Part shown: positions 35,506 through 48,507 of the stretch, piece by piece
Layout: each line of letters starts with the position of its first letter
Numbering within the stretch: the stretch's first letter is position 1
NCBI GenBank assembly: GCA_029717555.1
Contig: JAMDHS010000039.1
Coordinates: 124,001-188,000 of the forward strand
Direction of reading: 5' to 3'
Length of the DNA stretch: 64,000 nucleotides
From: Peribolospora baueri
Lineage: Eukaryota
Made by a program: the position numbers and the translations under genes
The notes under the pieces: model-generated
What the model saw: the letters and a program-made list of their open reading frames with translations, nothing else
The model's database searches: none
Told to the model about the DNA's origin: nothing

Positions 35506-36398
35506 GTCGTGGTCGTGGGCGCGCGCGGAGAGGGGATGGAGACCCGCGGGGCTTTGAGAGACGGCGAGCACTGTGCGCCGGTGGGAAGAAGGGTAGAAGA
35601 ATAAAGAAAGAAGAACGAAGGCGAGAGAAAGGGATGACGGTTGGTGGGAGGGGGGAGGGGGGCGAAAGGGAGCGAGCGAATGTATGTGATCGAGAGGGAG
35701 GTTATTATAAGCGTCGGGAGAGGGCGGGGGGATGGTCGGATGCCGGTGCGTGGGAGGGGGACAATGGAGGCGGAGGTCACTGAAGGTGTTGACAATGGCT
35801 CTGGCTCTTCCGCTCGTGCGTTGGCAGAGGACGCACGAGCACGGGAGCGAGGGACGAGGGCTGAAAACAGAGCGGCGGCGGTGGTGTGGTTGAGTGGGCG
35901 TTGGACGCCGATGGATGATGCCGGTCGGGTCTGGTCGGGTCGACGGGGTGCTGAGAGGAAGAACAAAGACGGGGAGGCAAACTGGGAGGAGCGGTGGGAG
36001 GGAGTGGGTAGAAAGGAAGGTCAGCGGCCCCGGTTTTTATGGACGGCGGCCGATAAGAAGGCGCTGTGAGAGGCGACGCGACGACGAGGGCGTCTCCGAC
36101 AACTGTTGATTGTCCCTCGTCGCCCGCCGAGGCAAGCCAAGCCAAAGCAAGGCCAAGCCAGTCAGCTTTCCGAGACGGCCCCTCCAAGCGGCGAGAGCGG
36201 GGCGAGAGCGCAAGGAAGAAACAACGTGACCGAGCGCCGCCCTGTCGAGCTTAGCAGCGCAGGCAGTCGTGTTGGCCGGCTGGGTAGACGGGGAGAAACG
36301 AGAGGAGAGCGTGAGCGGGCGCCTAGCGGGAGTGCGGGGCGTGAGCATGGCAGCGCTGCGCTGTGGGCTGCAAGGCGAGGAAGGATGCACGATGACTA

Positions 36399-36468
36399 TG
36401 ACCTGACCTGACCTGACCTGACCTGACCTGACCTGACATGACAAGACATGACATGATATGACATGACA
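36399..36468. repeat. (TGACC)n grading into (TGACA)n pentanucleotide repeat
   Basis: Directly visible tandem array upstream of the HMG gene. Confidence 0.9.
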
Positions 36469-37490
36469 GACCACTCGACGCCGAAAAACACACAACCTCA
36501 GACTTGATTGACCATGAGCCAGTTGGACGGAGAGAAGCCTTCGTCCCCGGTGGCGTCGCCTCGCCGTCGCCGTCCCCACGCTCGGTCCAACCCGATGCCG
36601 CAGCCGCTGCCGCAGCGGGCTTGTCCATTGTGCCACGCGACGACTGGGCTACTCGGGCGCGCACGACGGGGGCGCCACACGTGGCCGCCCATTGTTTCTA
36701 TTGTCCCGCGGCGACGTCAACATGATGAGCGGGCTGGCAAGGCACGCCACGTGGCTGCCATGGCGGATGGCCGCCGAGAGGAGAGACGAGCCGAACGAAA
36801 TCGCCCACTCGCTCTGTCCGATTGTTCTTGTTCTCTCCGCCGCGGCCCACCTCGCCCGCTGTCGTTGTCGTGCTCGTCTTATTCTTCTTCCGCCTAACCC
36901 TCCTCGTCGTCCTCTTCTCTCCCTCGCCGTACCCTACTATGCTCCGCTCGTACGAATCCAAGGAGCTACGGTCGACGCTGCCTTGCCTTGCCTTGCCTTC
37001 GCCTGTCTGTCCCCTTCGAAGCCGATTGACTCGCCCCACTCACAGTCAGTCACTCCCCGGCATCCCGTCCGGCATCGCGCACCGCGACCGCGCACCCATG
37101 ATCGGACATCGGCCCGATCCCTCCGCTTCAGCCGCCGGCTTATCAGATCGTTTATTACCTACCATCTCTCGTTCGCGTGCACTCCACATCGCGACGATCG
37201 CCGTCGCCATTTGCTTTGCTCAGGCACCGTTCATCTCCTCCTTTCCCACACCCTCCGCGAGAGATATACGAGATAGATCTCCGTGACGAACGTCGACTCG
37301 AGCGAGCGAGCGAGGGACGTGGGCCGAACGGAACGGCTTAGACAGAAAACCAACACGCCAGCCGTCCGTCCACCCTGGCTCGGCTCGTGAACGGCGACCC
37401 TACCTAGAGCCTCTCACACTCTCCTTCACTTCTCCTCCCCCTTCCCTGCCCTTCGGAGATTCGGCCGTTTTCGTCGGTTTCGACATTCAG

Positions 37491-40133
37491 TATAATCGTG
37501 AGTCTTTTTTTTTCCTTTTTTTTTCCCCTTTCACCGTCGTCGCCCTTTCGAAAGAAAGGAAAAAACATGCTCACCCGCCCTCTCTTTCTCCGCAGCGTTA
37601 AGTGAATAGTGGCGTCGGCGGAGGTCCCGGTCTGATGAACATTCCTCCATCCTCACCGTTCCCTCGAACTCCGCCCCACCCCCCCCCCCGGGTTTTGCAG
37701 CTTGCGAGAACGACCGGACCATCAACCAGCTCCTCAAGGACGAACTCGACTTTCAAGGTTTCGTCCTCAGCGATTGGGGTGCCACTTACTCCACCATCTC
37801 CAGGCGAGTCGTCTTGCCCCGTCTCCCTCCTTCCGCCCAGCCTAACACAGCACTCGTTCAAACAGCGGGAACAACGGTCTCGACGTCGACATGCCCGGAG
37901 GTCCCGGAGGCTACTTTGGCTCAGGCTTGGCGGACAGCGTGCGGAACGGGAGCGTTGCCGAATGGAGGCTCGATGATATGGTCACTCGCCTCCTCACCCA
38001 GTGGTTCCTCAGAGGCCTAGATCAGGGGTCAGTCAGCCTCATCTCGTCTCGTTTCGCCTCGTGTTCTCCGCCCCGAGCTGACCGCTTCGAGATCGTCGGC
38101 GTCAAAGATACCCAAAGGTCAACTACGACAACAACGTCCTGGACCGGTACTTCAACGGCACTCTCGTCAACGAAAACGTGGTCGTCCAGCAAGACTGGCA
38201 CAAGCACCTCATCCGCCAGATCGCCATGGAGGGCATCACGCTGTACAAGGACGCGCGCACCAAGACCGCCCCAAGCGGGCTGCCGCTCAACAAGCCCAAG
38301 AGCCTCGCCGTCTTCGGCTCGGACGCCGGGCCGAGATCCGAGTGAGCCGTCTCCTCTCGTCTCGTCGTTCACCTAGGTCTCATGCTCGTTCTCGTGCTCA
38401 TATACCCCTTCGTTCGTCAGTCGGCCTCAACGGTTGCGATCAATGGATCGGCGGCAGCCAGCTGTGTCCAACGAACACGACCTCCAACGGAACCCAAGCC
38501 GTCGGCTGGGGCTCTGGCGCGTCCAGGTTCCCGTACTTGATCGATCCCCTGTCGGCCATCTAGGAACGGCGCGCGCGAGGACAATACCTACCTTGACTTT
38601 ATCCTCGACGACTGGGCCCCTCAGTGGGACGCCGATGTAACCCAGTTCGCCGCCGACGCCGACGCTGCACTCGTCTTCGTCCAGGCGAGGAGCGGAGAGG
38701 ATTCGGACAGGGTGAGACCTACCTTCCATCCTGCCCTCCGTCCGTCCGTCCCCACGCCGCGCTGACACTCGCGACCGACGCCGATTCCTTCAGACGAACT
38801 TGACGCTGTGGGACAACGGCGACGAGCTGATCAAAGCGGTGGCTAGCCAGAAGTGAGCGATGCGACGCGGTTCGGGGCGGCCCCTTCGGCGATTGTTTTA
38901 GGAGCCCCGTCCACGGAACGTTGGCGCCGACCGCGCATGGCACTGCTGGCTGACCTCACCTCCACCTTGCCGGTCGCAGCAACAACACGATCGTCGTGAT
39001 GCACGTCGTCGGTCCCGTCCTCATGGATGCGTTGTGGGATCACCCCAACGTCACCGCCGTCCTCAACGCCCATCTCCCCGGTGAGCTCTTTCTTCGCGCC
39101 TTTCGGCGCCGGTCCTCCGTCGACCATCTATCCGCACATGGTTGACCTCCTTGCGCTCCCTTCACAGGCCAAGAACCCGGTCACTCGCTCGTGCCCATCC
39201 TCTATGGAGACGTCAGTCCCAGCGGAAAGAGCCCCTATTCCATCCTCAGCTCCAAGGACGCCGACCAATATCCGGCCATTGTAAATGCGCTGGTTGATGA
39301 CGCCCAGGTCAATTTCACCGAGGGGCTTTTCGTCGACTATCGGCAGTGAGTGTAGTATTCGATTCGATGTCTTCACGTCGTGATCGGAGACTTGGCGCGT
39401 GCGTCGCTCACCCTCGTCCACTGGCTTTTGCTGTGTTAGATAGGACGTCAAGAACATCACCACTCTGGTCGAATTCGGCTTCGGTCTCTCGTGCGTACAC
39501 GCCAAGTTGTCCCACCTTCCTTACGGGCTCCATGGCTGACTTCACGCGTGTCGCACCGTGCAGGTATACGTCGTGGGATTACAGCGACCTTGCCCTCGTC
39601 CAGCATGTCGGACACCTACGCCAGCTCCGAAGTTCCCGTCGATCCGTCATCCGGGCGCGGGCTGGGAGGCGATCCGGCGCTGTTCGAGAACATCCTCAAA
39701 GTCTCCGCGACGATCAAGAACACGGGCGACATGGTCGGTCACGAGGTCGCGCAGCTCTACATCGGGTACCCCGCCAGTACGCGCAGTCCGCCGAAGCAGC
39801 TGAGAGGGTTCGAGAAGATCAGAGACGTGAAAGCGGGGGCGAGCAAAAACGGCCACGTTTGAGCTCACGCGAAAATACTTTTCCGTATGGGTGAGCTGAG
39901 CGACCCATGTCGATCGATCGGCACCGAGATGGAATTCCGAGGAGACTAAGCTCATCCGTTCCGCGCGTGTCCTCCGACAACGGCCGTTACCTTCCCATAT
40001 GACGTACAGGACGTCACATCGCAAAAGTGGGACGATTGAAGATGGGCCCTACACCATCTTCGTCGGCAAGAGCTCCCGCAAGATTGAGCTCACCAAGCAG
40101 GTCACGGCCAAAGGCGGAAAGATCAGCTTGTGA
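37491..40133 (+). pseudogene. GH3 beta-glucosidase pseudogene, 5'-truncated with stops and frameshifts
   Basis: [103 protein letters not shown]. Lesions: TAG 38561-63 with a +1 shift, TAG 39441-43, extra A at 39845-49, extra G at 40029-31. No N-terminal barrel sequence was seen upstream. Confidence 0.85.
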
Positions 40134-41788
40134 GCGGCTCGTTCTCGTTCGACGAGGCGCTCGTCCGCTTCGCTCGCCCTTGCCTCTCCGAACTGGAGCG
40201 CGCGACCGCCTTTGGCGTTTTCCTGTAATGGGTCCGACGATCACCGTCGGTCGTGCTCTTCGCTCCCGAGTCAAGACGAGCCGAGCCGTCTTGCTATCGA
40301 GTGGAACGGACTGGAGCACCCTCCGCATTTCGTCTCGCGCTCTGGATTTGCACGCGTCTCCTGTACGCATCTAAATCGTATCAAAGGGACGTCGCAGTCT
40401 CCATTCGCCCTTTGCACCTCTTTCTAAATGGACGGCGTCGTGTCGAAGTGCAGTCGACAGGAGATAGACGGCCGGTTGAGTACGTGCCGTGAACGGGAGC
40501 GCTGTTGAGGATGCCGAACAAGCGCGGAGTTTGGCGGCACCCGCTGACGACTTCCTTCCTCGTCCATCGCGAATCGTCGTAAGACGTTCGACGATCGCCG
40601 CCTCGAACTAAAGCATCGTCGTACATCAGGCTTTCCACTCCTCGCTCTTGTCGAACACGAAGAGGTGACAGAAGAGAAGAAGACACAAGGCGTTCTCCGG
40701 TACTCAGTCGTTTCCCTTGTTCCGCCCGCTCTCCTCCACACGTCCTCTCATTTACCCCACGCTCCCTTAGCTGAAAACTGCGCCCGACGCCCGCCTCCTT
40801 CGCCCGCAATGGGCGAGACGGTGACCAAGGTCGGGCGTAGATAGCAACAGGGAAGATCCATACGGGAGGGAACCATGTTTTCTTCCCCGTCCGAATGGGA
40901 TTTTGGCTTTCTCCTTCCTCGTCCTGTTCTTCGCTCGAGGTCCTCGTGGAGATTTGCCTATTGATACCGGGCGCACATTCCTGCTCCTCCTTGCCCTCAT
41001 GTCCTCGTCTGTTCGTGCTCCGTAAAGAAGATGCAAACGAGAAAAAAAAGGCCTCGTCCGGTCGGTCGGTCGGACTTGTGTGCGTTTGTACGAGCTCGCG
41101 TGTGAGCGAAAGTTTGCGCTAAAGGCGAGCATGTGTGAGATGAGAACCGAGTGGTCCATTCCGCTTCTAGCCCGACAAGCAGGGTGAGTGAAACAGAACA
41201 CTGTACGACGTCAAATAGAGCGACAGATGAAGGGACGAAGAAGGGGAGACAGCGAGAGAAGATACTAGGTCAATAAGGCTACATCGGCTTTCGAAGCCTG
41301 AGCGAGGGGTTTAGGAAGCGCGGGAAGTGTCCGTGTCGGCGAGTCCACGCGCCTGGGTCCGCCGAGTGAAGGTATGTACGGAGAGCGAGCGGGTGGGCGA
41401 GGGAATGACACAAAGGAAAATGAGAGATGCGGGGGATGCGGGGAAGGATGCGAATTATCGAGGGTAGGTGAAGTGTGGCGGAGTCTATGGAGCGAGGTGA
41501 ATGTGCCAAGCCCGTTGGTACTCAATGCGGCGTGGGCGACCGAAGCTCCGAACAAGAAGGAAAGAAAGGATGAAGAGGTGGGGAGGGTGGCGGCCGGCGC
41601 ACCGGGCAAGGTGTTTTGGAACGCATGCGAGCAGAGCGAGCAGGAGGAGAGAGAACGGTGGGAATATGGGACGAACGAAATGCTCTGCGAGGACGCGAAC
41701 CGACCGGCGCTGAGAACTCAAATGCGCACATCGTCGTGGAGGAGACGGAGACGTGGTGTGACCCCAGAGGGCCGTTTGGTTCGTTACC

Positions 41789-42658
41789 TCAGTTTTCCTC
41801 AAAGTCGATGGGGAAGCCGGCGCAAAGGAAGGAAGGCCCGGTGAGCGATTCGGTGACGTTGAAGACGAGGTAGTCAAAACCCTGTGGAATGGCACAGCGT
41901 GACACAACAAGGAAAGTAAGGCCCAGGGGCGCGAATGTGAATAGGCGGATCGGACGACTGCAACGCGACAGAAGCGCCACCGCTTCAGCAGCTTTGCGGC
42001 GTTCTCACTACTCACACTTTCGAGCGTATGGAAACCATACTCGTAAACACTCCTCTTGCCCTTCAGCACAGGGCACGTGGTGTATTGGCAACCCGCGAAC
42101 GACTGGCCTGAGTAAGGATAGTAGTCCGGAGGGTTGGAGTGGTGGTCGTAGGCGATCAGGTTGGAGCGAGGGTTTTGCGACGAGACGTTCGGCACGAAAG
42201 TGATGGTGATCTTGTAATTTCTGTAGGGGTAGGAGATACGCCAGAGACACGGCCGAGAACAAGTTAGAACCTGTCGCCGGTAAGAGCACACGAACTCAAC
42301 GAGGCGCTCGCTTAACTCACGCGCCCGCCTTGAACACGCAAGGTCGGTCCAAGCTGCCCTCGCCAGGACCGCAGGGCGCGACGTCGATCTTCTCCACAAC
42401 GCCTTGGAGGTCGGTGTTCTTACAGTGTTCGAACTCGACGTCAACGTTCGAGCCGGGGCGCATGAACTTGAACACGGGGTCAAGGAGCGAGATGGGGGAG
42501 AGAACACCGTAGGGTGAGGCGGCACGGCGCGAGACGTGGGTGACGGCGATGGGAGTCGCAGAGACGTGAGGGGAAGTACTGCCCAAGAGGAGGACGGTCG
42601 CCAGGACCGCTGCCCTGGCTGGGAAGGAAGAGAGCTTGGATGCCGCGCTGGAGAACAT
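41789..42658 (-). CDS. Secreted or vacuolar ML-domain (MD-2/NPC2-like) lipid-binding protein
   Basis: Signal peptide and three exons with six Cys in an ML-like pattern: FEHC..VEKIDVAPC..RPCVFKAG|ANYKITITF..AGCQYTTCPVLKGKRSVYEY..|FNVT..FLCAGFPIDF*. Confidence 0.7.
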
Positions 42659-43511
42659 CTTCAGGAGCGGGGCTGGTACGAGTATGAGGTGTCAAAAAGG
42701 AAAGACGTGAGACAAGACAAATACGTGTGAGGAGACTTCGACGATGGTGTGTAAAGAGAGAGAAGAAGGAGAAGAAGAAGAAGAGAGTGTGACCGATGAA
42801 CAGCGCGAAGAAGAGAACGATGCGACGACGGTAAGGCAGGCGTGCGAGAACGAAAGGCAGGAAAAATGTAGAACACAGATGGGGGAGGGATAACAAGCGA
42901 AGGGATTTCCGTCCCTCTTTTGAACCCTGAGGTTGTCATTCAACCAACTGACAATGTTGGCATGGTCCAAACGTGTCACGTCGGTCGCGTTGCAGGTCAG
43001 CTCATTCGCGTCTGTACGAGACGACCGGCGCGTCTCGGTCGCAGGCTCCGCTCGTTACATAATGACACCGGCATTCGCTTTGTTTGGTTCGCGTGCGCGA
43101 TATCTGACTTGCACACGACAGGACGACGACGAAGGCGAGCATGCACGGGCGAGACAAAGAAGGTCAGCGGTCAGCATGCCAAGCGTGGCGATGGTAGGAA
43201 GAGAGGATCGCCATGTCATGGTGCTGGTCAGAAACAGAAAGTCTGGGGGCGATAAAGGCAAGGGGTCAACAAGAGGCAGGTACGTGAGTGGTAAGACAAG
43301 CGTCGACTTGGGTCTGCTTGACCCATCCTGGACGTCTCGTCAGATTCGTCTTGGGGACGTCGGAACGGCCGAAAGGGGAAGGAAGGCGCGCGCTGGCCGC
43401 ACAAGTCCATCTGCCGCAGTCGATCTCCAGCGGCCAGAAGTGGTGACCGGCCGCGACTGGACTGGAGTCGACGCCATCGTACACCCGCGGCGCAACAGAC
43501 TTGTTGACATC

Positions 43512-44626
43512 ATGTCCAACGCCTCGGCGCTAGACCAGCTCGCAAACGTCGCGCAGACGCAGCTCCCCGTTTCCTCCGGTCCTAGCTCCAGCTCCTCCGC
43601 GGCCACTACTCCCGCCGCCGCTGGCCTTCAAGCACCCTCAGGAGCCTCGACGACGGAGCCAGCAACGGCAAACGGAAAGAGGAAAGACGGAGGCGAAGAT
43701 GGGGAGAACAAGGACGAGCAGCACAGGATGACGAGGAAGGAGGAGGAGGAAGCGAGGAAGGACAGGAGCTTGGCCGAGTTTCTGTTGATGCTCGACGGGT
43801 ATCAGCCTTTGGTGAGTCGAGTGCCGCGAGTTGCGGCTCATGCGACGGAGCTGAGCTGAGCTGGGGTGGACCGATGGATGGGATCCGTGGCCAGGAAGGG
43901 GGAAAGGAAGCACAGGGCCGTTCCACAGTCATGCGCCGATGGCTGATTTGTGGATGCTTGGGTGGTCGCGCGCCTACAGATCCCAGACGAGGTGACGGAC
44001 TACTACCTCCAGAAGAGCGGCTTCGACTGCCAAGACGTGCGATTGTGAGTGATCCGATCATCCCTTCATGTTTTTCTCCTCGTCTGTATTGTTGTCGACG
44101 TTCCTCTCTGGAACGTCGATGAGAATTCCGTCTCACCGATTGATTGACTTCTACAACTACCGGTTTCTGTCCGTGCCCCGCACTATCAAACTCAGAAAAC
44201 GCCTACTCTCCCTCGCTGCCCAAAAGTTTGTTGCTGATATTGCGACGGATGCCTTCCAGTACGCCCGCATCCGCACCACGGCCGGTCCAGGCGGGAAACA
44301 GGGCAAGGCCTCCGGCGGAGGAGGCGGTGGGGGTGGGGGCGGGGGTTCGGGCAGCGGTGGTGGAACCGGTCCGGCGGCGGGACAGAGCGCTGCTGGGGCT
44401 GCTGCTGCCGGTGCCAGGGTGAGTCTGACGAACCTGATATGTGGATGCCTACATTTTCGGGATATCAGTGTTGCGAGCATGCCCAATCTTGCTCATGCCG
44501 CATCTGCTGACCGCGCGCGTCGTTGTTCCATAGGATCGCGCCCGCACGGTGCTGACGATGGACGACCTAAGCGCCGCGCTGTCCGAGTACGGCATCGACT
44601 CTAGGAGGGCCGATCACTTCCTTTGA
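43512..44626 (+). CDS. TAF10: TFIID/SAGA subunit Taf10
   Basis: DRSLAEFLLMLDGYQPL|IPDEVTDYYLQKSGFDCQDVR, KRLLSLAAQKFVADIATDAFQYARIR, RTVLTMDDLSAALSEYGI. Confidence 0.96.
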
Positions 44627-45033
44627 TCTTGATCTTGGTCGTCTCCATCGGTGTTTTCCTGGCCCGGCTAAACCGAGCTTGTTCGCGCTCGAACATCCGT
44701 TTTTTGGCCTTCTACTTTCCCGTGTATCGAATCATGTACTTGTACGAAGCCGCCCTCTCTCTGCTTCCGCTACCATGCCCCCGTTTATCAAATTTCGGGC
44801 TCGTGCCGAGCCAAGCAATTCCTTTGCTTAAGAGAGAGGTTTGTTGCTACGACTCGCACATCCTACAACTACAACGATTACAGAACAGGAGAAGGTCGGC
44901 CGATTTGCTTGAATGCTTCTGGATTTACGCGGGTAGGGGTATGCTTGCAATGAGGAGACAGCGGAACGCTGGGCAGGAGGCGAAACTTGGAGGCGAAAGC
45001 TCAGAAAAAAGGAAGTGAACAGCTCAGGTAAAC

Positions 45034-47104
45034 TCATGTCCCCAACCTCGCTCCACCGCCACCAAGCACAGCCCCCGCGCTCCTCCCCGCGCTGCTAGTC
45101 TTGACAGATCCGCAAGCCCGACAAGTCCAAAAAGACTCCTCGGGCTCCCAGACGCCGCAAAAGCTGCACAGCCAGCCTTGGTCCTCCCCCTCCGCTTGAG
45201 CAGCGTTGGCAGAGAGGCGGGCCAGTTTGCTGTACGAGCCATGCGGACCAGGGGGACGGTCGTCGTGATCGTCGCAGTTGCTTTGCGCGAGGCCGAGTCG
45301 GCCATTCACATGTGCGGATCGACCAGTCGGCGTTGGGAAAGCAAAATGACGCGGTGCGAGACAGGCGTCACACTCTGTCGACGAAGGCTTGTTAACGAGG
45401 GTGCAGGTCTGTGTTAAAGGTGGGGGAGGGGATACAGTGCACGTACGCTTTCAGTTGTCGTGTGCATCCACGCAAACAATGCAAAAGAGAATGCGACCTT
45501 CAACTAACCTGACATGTCCACTCCTGTTGTACTGGATGCCGAGACGTCGCCTCCTTCCCCTCCGGAGACGGTGCGGATGAGGGCCTCTTCGCGGGCACAA
45601 TTCGAGCCGGCTTCGACGTCATCCCAGGTCTGGCAGAAGATCTCGCATTGTCACCCCGTGCTTGGATCGAATGTTGTAAGTCCTTCGGTTCGGAGTTCGG
45701 ATGTGCGCTTCGTCGCTTAGTAAGTTCGTCGTCCCCGTCGTCATCGCTGATGACGATCACGTCCGGCGATGGTCGTTTCGCCGTCGTCACCCTCGGAGGA
45801 GCACTGCCCACCGCCTTTTTCTTGCCATTGACGCCCAACGTCGCACTCTGTGACACCACATTGGAGCCGCGGGTTCTGGTACGACTGTCAGCTTTTTCAT
45901 CCGTCTCGCTGTCAAGCTCATCGGCCCGCTCCGCCTCCATTCCGCTCGAGTCCATGCCTTCCTCGATTCTACCGGGTTTGTCGCGAACGAGCACGTCCCC
46001 ATCCCCGCCCATGCCGCCGCCTTCGTCGCCAATGATGTCGATTACTATAACGCCGGTGTCGGCCGCGTCACGTTGCATTTCGCGTTCCACTTCTTCCACA
46101 AGATCTTCCGATGCCGACGGACATTCCTTTTCGTCCTTCCTACGCCTCTCGGCAGCCTAGAAATCGATCAGGAACCGTTGGGCGCTGTGAGACGTGGGAA
46201 GACCAAGCTGCAGGGGCTTTTATCGCCATCAAGAAGCAAATGCTCACCTCTGCAATCAGCTCGCGCATGCTCTTTCCGTCGGTAGCCGTCTGCCTCCGGC
46301 CCCCTTCTCCGAGCCTTCCACCGCCCTTCATGAGCTCTTGGACACGCCTCCTCTTCTCGGCGGCAGCGAAAGCTTTCTGGCGAGCTAAATGGAGAGGTAC
46401 GTTGTACGACGTTTCATCTCCGAGACGGACACCAGGAGTAAGAAAGCCTTCGCCGACCCAACCATTACGGCGAACCTCATCGTACTCGTCCTGTAGCTTG
46501 TCAAGAAGCTCGTAGAAGACGCTATCGTGCGGACCTGGAAGAGGGTCATAACAAGCAAGAAAAGTCCGGATGTCGTCATACGGATTGAGAGATAACGCAG
46601 CAAAAAAGACGTCAGGTAGGTTCACCTGAGGCAGACGACGACGGCGCTCACCTCGAACATTGTGAGTCAGCTCGTGGAGCATCGTGCCGACGAGATGCTC
46701 TACGTCATAGAAAGACTCGGGACTGGAGGCCGGTCGAAGGCGCAGAGAAATCTTATGGCCTCCACCGACGTTTATTCCTAGGATCCAGAAAAAAAACGGC
46801 ACAGACCACTTTCGATGAGAGCGCGTTTTTACCTTCACATATCCGTTCACAACCCAAACTTACCCAAGAGTCTTTCGTTCCTGGGGAAAAACTCTGCCAA
46901 GAGGGGTAACTTCCAGCCATGATTGTGCATGATCGGCCTCACAAGAGCGCCAACTCTCCTGAGCAGTTCGAGGGCCTCCTGACATCGAGGACGCTTGAGG
47001 ACGGTATACTGGGCGATAAAGGTCTTGGGGCCGCACGACTCTGCGAAGCGGGTCTGCGACGGAGGCGGCTTAGACGCGAACGGCCCGCGGCCGTCGAGGA
47101 CCAT
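45034..47104 (-). CDS. WSS1: WLM-domain metalloprotease Wss1 (DNA-protein crosslink repair) with two C4 zinc fingers
   Basis: LVRPIMHNHGWKLPLLAEFFP..LLG|INVGGGHKISLRLR, GTMLHELTHNVR|GPHD (HExxH), GFLTPGVRLG, WTCQ|TCTLVN...CDAC, WLCSFC...WTCRAC. Confidence 0.92.
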
Positions 47105-47402
47105 GTTCACAACTCGGAAGCAAGCGAGTCGGCGGAAAGGGGGCCTTGGGAATCTACATCTGCGACAGTCGAGAGGGCCCGGCGGAAATGGTGTGATCCG
47201 ATCGAGTGCGAAGGCCTCACTCGGTGATGGACGGCACTAACCAGAGAACGTGGGCGGCGAGGTGATTGGTGATCGGGCGATCGACGCGCGTCACGTGACT
47301 CTGCTTCTCGTCTGTCGCCGAAACCATCGTCGCCGGGCTCGCCATCTCCCAGACCGGACGGAGGGCGCGGGCGCAGGCAGGTTTCACTCCGCTCCACCAC
47401 TT

Positions 47403-48507
47403 ATGTCTGCCCCCACAATGGCCTCTCCATCATCCAGGGACGCATCAGCGGCGCTCTCGCACAGCGACCATAGCGGCACCTTCAGGCTTCTGTACCGCCG
47501 CTCCGTATACGCCCTCCAGTCTTTCTTCAATCCGTCCGCGCGGCAAGACAAGATTACCGCCGCCGACGATGGGCCGGGCGAGCGGGATAGTTTGCTCGTC
47601 CACGGTGAACCGGCGGATGGCTCGTCTACGTCGTACCAAGCGGTTGCGAACGAGGGAGGCGTGGCGCGGAGGCGCATCCCAAAGCCCAAGAAGGTGCAGA
47701 CGCCCGTCCGGGTGGAGGCCAAAGTCTGGTTTGCTAACGAGGTGAGCGTGGACACTTTTTCTTTGTTGTCCGTTGGCCTGTGCTTCGTCCTGGTATAGAC
47801 GTGCTGATTGTGTTTTTGTTCGCTGTCCTCATTGTGATTCTACTCTATCTTGCCACTCCTAGCGAACCTGGATCTCTTGGCTCCGCGTCTCCGTCCTCCT
47901 GGGCACCTTCGCCGTCGCGCTCTTCAACGCCGGCTCGCTGGTGGAGCCGGCACCGCCCAAGATGCCGCCTGTGCAGGGCGCGCCTCCGAACCGCCCTCCG
48001 ACGTACCGACAGTCGCTCTCGAAGAAGACGATTCGCTCGTTCGGCGTCGTGTACGCATTCATCAGCATCTTCGTCCTCCTTTGGGCGCTCGGAAGCTATC
48101 ATAGGAGGGTGAGCCTCATCAAGAAGAGGTATCCAGGACCCATGGGTGAGTCGGCCGACCCGTATCCAAACCTAGTCGAGGTCTTTTTGGTGACATGCGC
48201 TCTCTCGACACCCGCAGACGACCTCATCGGTCCTATCATCGTCAGCGCCGCCTTGTTCGTCGCGGTCCTACTTAACTTCATCATCCGAGGTGAGTTTGTC
48301 CCTCCGTCTCTGTTCTTCCTATCTCCAGGTTGGCGGCCTCGCTAAAATCGGCGCGGTCTGTTTGCATTCTGTCGCTTGTCGGTTCTCCCACCAGTCTCGC
48401 AACAGTGAGTCGTGTATCTCTGCAGCCTCTTCCCTATGCCACCGCGCTGGCTGACTGACCGTCCTCATCACTCTCTTCGCGCCCGCTCGTCCAGTCAAGT
48501 AGCATAG
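47403..48507 (+). CDS. DUF202/Vtc1-like three-TM membrane protein with extended N-terminus
   Basis: PVRVEAKVWFANE|RTWISWLRVSVLLGTFAVALFN, FGVVYAFISIFVLLWAL, DDLIGPIIVSAALFVAVLLNFIIR. Two tiny terminal exons (48395-48404, 48495-48507). Confidence 0.85.

Noticed and set aside
38561..40031. Programmed frameshifting or readthrough as an explanation of the GH3 lesions
   Set aside because: There are too many independent lesions plus a missing N-terminus; decay is the simpler explanation.
41485..42525. 346-aa minus-strand ORF overlapping the ML gene
   Set aside because: Only its middle matches ML exon 2; the rest is intron or UTR read-through.
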